Source of the DNA: Neocallimastix sp. 'constans'
Taxonomy: Eukaryota
Reading direction: 5' to 3'
Assembly: GCA_050613775.1 (NCBI GenBank)
Contig: JBODTK010000001.1
Location: 868,001-932,000, forward strand
Length of the DNA: 64,000 nt
Positions 54,240 through 64,000 of the stretch are shown here, in pieces (the stretch's first letter is position 1; every line of letters begins with the position of its first letter). Below the pieces are notes generated by a model. That model was not told where the DNA came from. It did no database searches and worked only from the letters and a program-made list of their open reading frames with translations. The position numbers and the translations under genes were made by a program.

Positions 54240-57200
54240 ATTATTATTTTTATTATTATTATATCTACATTCATTTGAAGAAGGTAACGGTCAAGAATTG
54301 CGGTACAAACGGATGCTATTACCTTTTTAAAAAAAAAAAAATAAATAAAAAAATAAAAAATTAAAATTATCTGTACTATATAATAATCCATAAATATGAT
54401 ATTTATATATATGTACATATACATATATAAGTATATTTTTTATTTAAAGAAAAAAAAATTTATATTTATTTTTTTTTATTTATGTTATTTTAATATATAA
54501 AAAAAAATCCCATAATTAGAAATAGACTAATTAAATAAATAAAATAATTAAATAAATTAAATAAATAAATAAATTAAATAAATAAATAAATTAAATAAAT
54601 AAATTAAATAAATAAATTAAATAAATAAATTAAATAAATAAATAAATTAAATAAATAAATTAAATAAATAAATAAATTAAATAAATAAATTAAATAAATT
54701 ATTAATTTTAATTATTTTATTTAAATTATCAGATATTTATTTAATTATTTATTTAATTAATTATCAGAAATTTATTTAAATGCTTTAATTATTATTTAAT
54801 TAATTTTCAGTCATTTAATTATTAGGTAGTTTAATTATTAGATATGTAAATTATCAGATATTTTAATTATTAGATATTTTAATTATTAGATATTTTAATT
54901 ATTAGATATTTTAATTATCTGGTACTTTAATAATTAAATATTTTAATTACCCATCTTCTATGTAATTAAATAAAACTAAACTAAACTTTTGTAGCTATAT
55001 CAAAAAAACAGATAATTATTATCTTATTTTTAATAAAAAGAAAACGAAATTTATATATTTTATATATTTTATATATTTATTATTTTTACATTATTATATA
55101 TATATAAGGAATAAAAAAAAAAAACTCATCAATTCATCAACTAGAGAATAATTTTAACAAAAAAAAAAAAAAATTAAGAAAGATTAAAAGAAAAAAAGAT
55201 AAAAATAAACTGCTTTTAATTAATATACTTTCATTTACTTTCTCCTTTTTTTTTTTTCTTTATTTTTTTTATTTTATTTTTTATTTTTTATTTTTTATTT
55301 TATTTTTTTTGTATGTATAGACTATTTATCCACTTTGGCTATTTATAAAATTAAATTCATCAAATCTCAACTATCTTTCTCAATTATTTAAAGAGTATTA
55401 AATTTTGACAATCATTATAAAAAAAAACTATTTATATTATTTTTATTCATAAATAAAGGAAAAAAAATTGACAGTTATTGAGAATTCACTTTTTTTTTTA
55501 TGGGAAAAGGAGAAGACTTAATAAATTTAACAAAAAAAAAATATTTAAATCAATGAATAATATTAATAAAAAACAACTATTTAAATCCATAGATAATATT
55601 AATTCTATTTGATAATAGTAATTAATTTATAAAATATTGAGAAAGATTAAAAAAAAAAAAAAAAAAGAAATAAATACATAAATATTTAATAATAAATAAA
55701 TTACTTCTTAATTTAAATAAATAAAATATAAAATAAAAAATAAAAAAAAAAAAAGTGCCAAATTGTATTAAATAAAAATAATGAAATATAAATATAATGC
55801 TTTTTTTTTTTATGTTTTAATTAAAATATTAATATATATATATAATAATTAATAATTAATAATTAAATTTATATATATAATTTTTATTATTTATCCATTA
55901 TTATTTATCCATTATTATTTATTATTATTAATTTTCCATTAATATATAATTTATTATTATTTATTATTTCCTATTTATTATTTATTATTTATTATTTATC
56001 CATTAATATGTAACTTTTTATTATTTATTATTTTGTATTTATTATTGACTATTTATTATTTATTATTCTTATCATCAATTTTATTTAAGTTTCATTAAAA
56101 TTTATTATTCTTGCTATTATTTTATTTACCTAATTAAAAAAAATCAAGTTCTTATTATTATCACTACTAATTTTTTTTTATTCCATTCATTCATTAAAAA
56201 AAAATTCAATTTCTCACTTTTTATTTTAGTTTATCAATTCATAAAATTTATTTTTTCTTTTTATTTATTATTTAATTATTTCATAATGATTAAAAATATT
56301 AAATATTTATACATTTATTTATATTTATTAATTTATTATCTATTATTATTATCTATTATTAATTTTTTTTTTTTTTTTTTATTATTTAAATTAAAAAATC
56401 GTGTGTTTTTAATAATAAAATAATTTATCAATAAATAATAATTAATAATCAATAGTAAATAATCAATAGTAAATAATCAATAGTAAATAATTAATAATCA
56501 ATAGTAAATAGTAAATAGTTATGATGATTATACTAATAATAACTATTATTTACTATTAAAAATTTCATGTTAATTTAGATTATTTTTTACAAAACTACTA
56601 CAATATTATTTATTAATTTAAAGTATCATAAAACGGTAAATAATATTAAAGTTTATATATATTTAATTATATTTTAATATATGGAATTTTTATGATATAA
56701 ATAGATTAAAAATGTAATTTTGAATTTTTTGGTTTTATTTTTAATTTATTTCAATATAATATAAAGAAATATAATAAAAAAAAGTTATATTGTTGTTTTA
56801 AATAACCAAATAAGTTACTATTGAATAATTATTTAAATTGATTCAACGGTGAACTTTAATTAATATAGAAATGAATTAATATCCATTTGATTTGCTTTAA
56901 ACCATACTACTCTAAAAAAATAATAAAATAATAATAAAAAATAAAAAAAAAAAAAATTAAAAATAAAAAAAATTGATATAAAATTAAGTTTATAAATATG
57001 AGATTAACCATAAAAAAAAAAAAAAAATTAAAATGAGATTAATTAATGTCATAGAATATAATATAAAATAATAGAATAAAATAGAATATAATAAAATATT
57101 AAACAAAATAAAATTACAGAATATAAAATAATATAGAGTATAATATAGAAAATAAAATAAAATAAATAGTACAGTAGTATAAAAGTGTAAAATATTAATA

Positions 57201-60200
57201 AAAATAAAATATAAATGAAATAAAATGATAAAACATCATAGCATTGAATAAAAAATATATAATACGATAAAACGATACTCTATCTTTTAACTATTGTGGG
57301 TTAGAAGAGTATAAATGAAATTATATTAATTATATGTGTCAGTCAACGATAGTTAATAAAATATTAATATTTTTATATTAAAATGTATTACCAATAAAAT
57401 GTTATGTAACTTTTTTTTTATTTATTATAAAAAAAGCGTTGAAGAGTCGAAAGTTTAAAAAAAAAAAAAAATAAAATAATAAATAATTTTAAACAATAGA
57501 TTTTATTATATATCATATATTGAAATTAACTCAATTCATATATTATTATTTGATATAATTTTAATAATAAATAAAATTATTAAATTCTATTTTTTAATAT
57601 TAATTTAAATTTATTTTTAAATTAAATTAATTTAATTTAAATTATTTTATTTTATTACTTTTATTATTATTTATTTTATTATTTTATTATATTCTATTTT
57701 ATTATATTTCATTTTATTATATTCTATTTTATTATATTCTATTTAAATATATTTTATTATATTTTATTATATTATTAATATTTAGTTTTTTTTTTAAAAA
57801 TTTTTTTTTTCATTTTTTTTTTCATTTTAAATTAAACCGCTTTTAATTAAATTTGGTTGTCTGAATAATTTCTCCTATTCTTTAATATATTATTAGTCAA
57901 TGCTTAATATATACTATGATACCTTTTTTTCCAGTGGTTGGAAATAGAAAATGGAGTCAATGGGAAAACAACAACAAGAAGAGTTCAAGCAAAATAATTA
58001 AATATTATTTTTTTTATAGATATACATAAGGATTTAAATATTAAATAAATATTTTATATTTCTATTGATTTTATATTTTATTTTTATATAGTAATAAATA
58101 CTTAACATAAATTTAAATAATAGTAATATTATATTTATGAATTATATCAATTATGATATAAAACTATATTTATTTAATATATATATATACTTAATATTAT
58201 ATATAATAAATAAATAGATTAGCAAAGTATTATATTTTAGAGTTTATTAAAAATAAAATGGTTTATAAATGTTTTATATATGACATAAATTAAAAAAAAA
58301 ATTTATTTTCAATATTTAGTATTAAATAGTTATAGTAATAAATGGTATACATATATCCAAATATATTGTAGAATAAAAATGAATTTAAAACATAAGGCAC
58401 AAATTGAATTGACACAAAATTACTATTAAAAAAAATTTTTTTTTATTTTTTTTTTAAAATTTAATAATTCATAAATATTAAAAAAATATTTAATTTTATT
58501 TATTATTATTTTACATTTTATTTATTATTTATTTATATTATATTTATACTTATATTTATATTAGATTTATACTTGTATTTATATTTATATTTATTATTTA
58601 TTAATATTTTTTTTAATAAAAATATAAATAAAAAATTTTTTTTTATTCTTTAAATTATTTTTATTTTTTTAAAAAAAAAAAAAATTAATAAAAAAAAAAG
58701 AATAAAAATTGAAAATAAATAAGTAAATAAATAAATAAATAAATAAATAATTAAATAATTAATAATTATAAAATAAAATAAATATTAACAAAAAAAAAAA
58801 AGATAAAAAAAAAAAAAATTTTTTTATATATAAACTTAAGTTTTTCTTTTCTTTTTTTATACTTTTTTTTTTTAAACAATTATTTTTAAAAACTAAAAAA
58901 TATTTTATTAAATTATTTAAATAATTTTTTTCTGATGTTTTTATAATATTTATTTTTTCTTTCCTTTTTCTTTTTTTTTTTTTAATATGCATTAAAAAAA
59001 AATAATTTTTATTTATATATATAAACTCATTATAGATAAAACAAATATTTATAAATATATTTAAAAACTTTTTTTTTAATTGTTTAAAAAAATTTTGTAA
59101 TGTTATTTTATTATAAAAAATAATAGTAATAATACTAATACAAATATAAAAAAAAAAAAAAAAGAAAGAAAATAATAATATAATAGTAACAACTACAAAG
59201 AAAAAGAATATATATAAAAAAAAATAAACTAAAAATAAATAGAAAATAAAAAAAGCAAAAACAAAGAAAGAAACAAACAGTAAAAAACAAAAAAAAAAAA
59301 GTAAAAAGAAAAAACAAGTAATAAAAATAAAAAGAAGAAAAATAAAAAAGCACAAAAATAAAATTAAATTAAGTTAAAAATTATTTAAGTTAAAAGCCAA
59401 TAAGTAAATTAAAATAAGTTAAGAATACCTATTTAAAAAAGAAAACAGTATAAAGTATATAAAAAACAACTATAATTTAATAAAATAATAATAGAAAAGA
59501 AATTACAGTAATGCAATTTTGGAGAAAAAAACTAGTAATTATATAAATTTATTAATAATAATAAATAATAAATCAGTTTTTTTTTTTTTTTTTTTGTTAA
59601 TAAGAATAGTATTAATAAAATTAACACAAATAATAATAATAAAAAAGAATAATATGTTTAAATAAATATTTTATTTCTTTTCAATAATAATAATAAATAT
59701 ATATAAAATAATAACAAAATATTATATAAATATAAATAACAATAATATATAAATATTTTTTTATTTCTTATTTGTATACATGCTTTTATAATAAATTAAT
59801 ATAAAAAAAATAAAGTATTAATTATACAATAATTTAATTATTAAATATATTATATTACAAAAATAATAAAAAGTAAAGAGAAAAATAATAAAAATTATAC
59901 AACTATAATTATTATTATAAAGTATTATCTTTATGTATTTTTTCTCTTTCCATTTTCAATAAAATATAAATTTTTGGAAAAGCTTTGATTTTTTTTTTTT
60001 TAAAAAAATTAATCTAATAATTTTTAGAAGTTATAATATTAATTAAAAATTCAAAAGTAAAGAATTTTGTTTTTTAATTATTTAAAACAGTATTATAATA
60101 AAATATCTATTAAATAAAAAACTATATATATTATTATCAACATTATTAAATATAAAAAAAAAGTAAGTAAAATAGATATAAAAACAAAAATTAAATAAAA

Positions 60201-60337
60201 AATAAAATAATAATAATATATAAAATTATATAATAATATATTAATTTTAATAATTATTTTTTTTTCCTGTTCTATTATTTAGTTTATTTATAAAATAATT
60301 TATAATTAAAATTTAAAATATAAAATATTTAAAAAAA

Positions 60338-62014
60338 ATGGTTGCAAAAAGAAGACCAAAGTTAACTTTAAATACAGCTATTGTTCGTAAGAGCCCTTCC
60401 GCTTTAAAAATTCCAAATATTAACTCTGCAAAGTCTTTAGCAAGAGATGAACGTATAAATAGTAGTAGAAATATATTAACTGTATTAGAAGGTGGAAAAA
60501 CTTATACTAAACCAATAAAGATTTTACCAAATCTTTATCTTGGTTCTTGTGATGCCACTAAGGATTTACCAATCCTTCTTGATAAAGATATCACTACCAT
60601 ACTAAATTTAGCTGCTGAAGTTGAAAGACCAAAGTGGTTTAATACTGATCATTGGATGGGTCTCTCTGATAATCATTGGGTTACTAAAATTACTCAAGAT
60701 CAATTAGAAACAATGTCTTTTGCTTCTGATGCTTCTTCTGATGCTACGAAGGTCAGTTCTACAGAATATAATTCTCCTCCATCTCCACCTCCTTCTGAAG
60801 ATGAAGATTCTACTAATAAAAAGGGATGTCATTGTCCAGCTACTCAAGAACCAACTACTATATTCCCATTATCTCCATTACCACAAAAGACTTATCCAAC
60901 CCTTCAAAATATTTATTCACCACAAGAGACATTACCTTTATCTCCTTCATCTTCTCCTAACTCTTCTCCAATTACTCCTACCTCTATTGGCTCTTCCTCA
61001 CAGCAAACTCTTGTACTCTCACCATTAGAAACTTCTTTCGCTGATTCTGTTTCTTCTTTAACTACTTTAAATACTCCATTTGTTGATACTTACGCATTAC
61101 CTCCAGAAACTCCATTTATGGATACTGTTTCTTCACCATTTGTACCCCCGGAAACTCCTTATATGGATTCCTTTAATACTCCAATGATTAGTTCAACTAA
61201 TGCTAGAGTAACGGCTTTACCAGAAACTCCTTATGTAGATACTTTTTCTGCTAATCCAATGACTGGTATTCCTACTATTATTACCACAGCTGCTACTACT
61301 ACTACTTCAACCATGGCTACTCAGATGCCACCAGAAACTCCTTATGTTGATACTTTTTCTACTCCAATTAATACTTCTCCAAATCCAAATCCACTTTCTC
61401 ATTCAAGTGATGAACTTCCACCAGAAACTCCATACTATGATACTACTTTTGGTAATGGTATGACTTCAGCTCTTTCAATTCCCGAAACTCCATACGTTGA
61501 TACATACTCTTCACAGCAACAACAATACTTGGCAAAATTAATGAATCATAGTAATAAATCACTTAATAATACAAATCTTTTACAAGCTATTTCTCTTTCT
61601 TCAGCTTCAACTCCACCATCTGATACTTTAGATGATTTTAGTAGTGTTAATAAGTGTCATAATAGCTTAGGTCAAAATCAAATGCTTACAGATAATAAAG
61701 AATTAGAAATTCATTATTATCATCAATGTTGGAATCATAATCAAAGTAATACTCAAGAAAAATTATTAGAAGCTTTTAATATTATTGATTCTACTCGTTT
61801 AGAAGATCAACATTCTATTCTTGTTTCATGTCAACAAGGTATCTCTAGATCTGCTACTTTAGTTATTGCTTATGTTATGAAAACAAAACAATGGGGTTTA
61901 ATGAAATCTTATAATTTTGTTAAAGAAAAATGTCCATGGATTGCTCCAAATATTTCTTTAATGAATGAATTATCTGAATTTGAACAACGTTTACTTCAAC
62001 AAACTGGAAAGTAA
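60338..62014 (+). CDS. Dual-specificity MAP kinase phosphatase, Msg5/Pmp1-like, 558 aa, single exon
   Basis: N-half of the DSP domain: PIKILPNLYLGS..ITTILNLAAEV. C-half: IHYYHQCWNHN..ILVSCQQGISRSATLVIAYVMK..SYNFVKEKCPWIAPNISLMNELSEFE, with CX5R intact. The N-terminal KRRPKLTLN resembles a MAPK docking (D) motif. Confidence 0.93.
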   Translation: MVAKRRPKLTLNTAIVRKSPSALKIPNINSAKSLARDERINSSRNILTVLEGGKTYTKPIKILPNLYLGSCDATKDLPILLDKDITTILNLAAEVERPKWFNTDHWMGLSDNHWVTKITQDQLETMSFASDASSDATKVSSTEYNSPPSPPPSEDEDSTNKKGCHCPATQEPTTIFPLSPLPQKTYPTLQNIYSPQETLPLSPSSSPNSSPITPTSIGSSSQQTLVLSPLETSFADSVSSLTTLNTPFVDTYALPPETPFMDTVSSPFVPPETPYMDSFNTPMISSTNARVTALPETPYVDTFSANPMTGIPTIITTAATTTTSTMATQMPPETPYVDTFSTPINTSPNPNPLSHSSDELPPETPYYDTTFGNGMTSALSIPETPYVDTYSSQQQQYLAKLMNHSNKSLNNTNLLQAISLSSASTPPSDTLDDFSSVNKCHNSLGQNQMLTDNKELEIHYYHQCWNHNQSNTQEKLLEAFNIIDSTRLEDQHSILVSCQQGISRSATLVIAYVMKTKQWGLMKSYNFVKEKCPWIAPNISLMNELSEFEQRLLQQTGK

Positions 62015-63530
62015 ATAAAGTGAAGAAAAATTTAAAAAATTTTTTTTTATTAATGAGAGAAGTTAGAAAAAAAAAAAAAAAAAAACGAAACAAAAATAAA
62101 AAAAAAAAATATAAATTATAAAATAAAAATATTATTAATTCAAAAATAGATTATATGAAAGAAAGAAAAGAAGTAAATTTAAAAAAAAAAAAACATCAAA
62201 AATACATAATAAGAGAGAAAATCATTAATAGATAAATATAAATCTTAATATATGAATTCAATTTGATAAAATCATAATTTATATTCTTTTAATGAAAAGG
62301 TTATTATTTTTACAATGAAAATACAAAAAAAAAAAAAATATATATATATATATATATAATATTAAATCAAATCACAATCAATATATACCATTAAAAATAT
62401 AATGAAAAAAGGGAAGTGTAAAAAGAGAAAAAAGAAAGATAAAAAAAAAAACTTTTAAAGTTATTTTCAAAATGCTGGATATTATTGAATATTACACATA
62501 TTATTTTTTTTATCTTTTTTTTTAAAATATGTATACATATATATAATTTTTATACTTGACTCACCCCTTTACCAGATACATACCATATAATGATTTTTTA
62601 ATTATAATAAATTAATATATTATTTTTTTTTGTATTATTTTTTTTGCTTAGATATAACTTATTTTATTAAATGAATTATAAAAGTTTATTTACAGTATGA
62701 TTTTACTCAAATTTATTTTCTTAAAAAATCATCCATTATTAAAAACCTAATTTGTAAATATTTATGTTAATAGTTTATCATGTATTTATAATATCAAAAA
62801 AAAATATATTTTTTTTTATAAAGCTACGGTGTATCTTCATAATGTATGATTGATTGTTAACATAAAATCTTGTAAAAAAAAAAAAAAACAATTCATCAAC
62901 AAAAACAAAAATCATATTTTTAAAAAACAAACGAACAAACCAAAAAATATATATATATAAAATTCGATAAATGAAACATTAAAAAAAGAAAAAGAAAAAA
63001 AAAAAAATAATAATAATTTAAGCATTAAATTAAACATAAATTAATAATAATAATAATAGTAATAGAAAAAAAAAAAAAAAAAAAAAAAAAAAATTATAGA
63101 GAAAATGTAGTTATATTTTTATCATATTATTATAAAATATAATTATATTATCAAATATATATTATAGAGCATAATTAAAAAAAATAATAATAAATTAAAA
63201 ATTATTTCGAAATAAAAAAACGGAATATTTACCCTTTTTATTTTTATTAATGATTTATTTATTTATTTATTTTTATTTTTATTTTATTTAAAAATGAAAG
63301 AAAAGTAAGTAAATAAAATTCATAAAAAAGAAATAAAAATCATTCTTGTGGTTTTATTTCATTTAATTTTTAAATATATTTATTTTTTTTAAAAAAAAAA
63401 TTATATTTATTTAAGAATAAAATTATTAATATAAAGCAGATGAAAATAAAATGAAAAAAAAAAAAAAAAAAAAAAAAAAATAAGTAATAATCAAAATAGT
63501 ATTTAAAAAAAAAATAAAATAAAATAAAAT

Positions 63531-63592
<62 letters not shown>

Positions 63593-63727
63593 AAATAAAA
63601 AATAAAAAAATTAAATATTATAACTTATATATAAAGAATTAATCTATTATATCCTCATTATTTATCCTTATTAATTTATATATTAAAAATAAATAAATAA
63701 ATAAATAAAAATTAAAAACAACCAAAC

Positions 63728-63758
<31 letters not shown>

Positions 63759-63855
63759 AAAAATTAAAAAAAAAAAAAATAAATAAAAAAAAAAAAAAAA
63801 AATAAAATAAAAAAATAAAAAAATAAATATATTTATAAATTTTATGGCTTTGGGT

Positions 63856-63887
<32 letters not shown>

Positions 63888-64000
63888 CTTTTCTTTTCTT
63901 TTATTTTTATTTTTTTTTTTTTTCCCCTTTATTTTTAATGGCTTTGGGTGTTTTTTTTTTTTTTTTTTTTTTTATTCTTTCCTTTCTTACTTTTTCTTTT

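Noticed and set aside
61820..61855. Pseudophosphatase call based on VSC instead of VHC
   Set aside because: The catalytic Cys and Arg of CX5R are intact, so inactivity cannot be claimed. Kept only as a caveat.
63844..63960. Duplicated ATGGCTTTGGGTG followed by poly(T); considered as telomeric or regulatory
   Set aside because: Only two copies, at the window edge, consistent with ordinary homopolymer-bounded duplication.

Overview
Extremely AT-rich eukaryotic DNA with homopolymer and microsatellite-filled intergenic space and GT-AG introns. A clear PacC/Rim101 zinc-finger gene makes it fungal, and the base composition suggests an anaerobic gut fungus (Neocallimastigomycota; inference). I reconstructed six protein genes by hand: pyruvate kinase (-, 2 exons), a NAA50-like N-acetyltransferase (+, 3 exons), PDCD5/SDD2 (-, 6 small exons, missed by the ORF track), squalene synthase (+, 5 exons), PacC/Rim101 (+, 3 exons) and a Msg5/Pmp1-like MAPK phosphatase (+, 1 exon). 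Between them lie a decayed pyruvate-kinase paralog fragment, a 105-bp perfect inverted repeat, two Ty1/Copia remnants, a Mutator-like transposase remnant, a LINE remnant and a dispersed minisatellite family. Nearly all other ORFs in the track are low-complexity artefacts. I cannot demonstrate a wholly new biological system here. The best leads are: (1) a cluster of AACGG(Y) motifs in the otherwise CG-poor 14 kb upstream of the phosphatase; (2) a 7-copy PETPYVDT array inserted inside that phosphatase's catalytic domain; (3) a K+-independent, bacterial-type signature in the pyruvate kinase; (4) TGCCAAG sites upstream of pacC; (5) the way dead transposons here decay by homopolymer expansion and local duplication.
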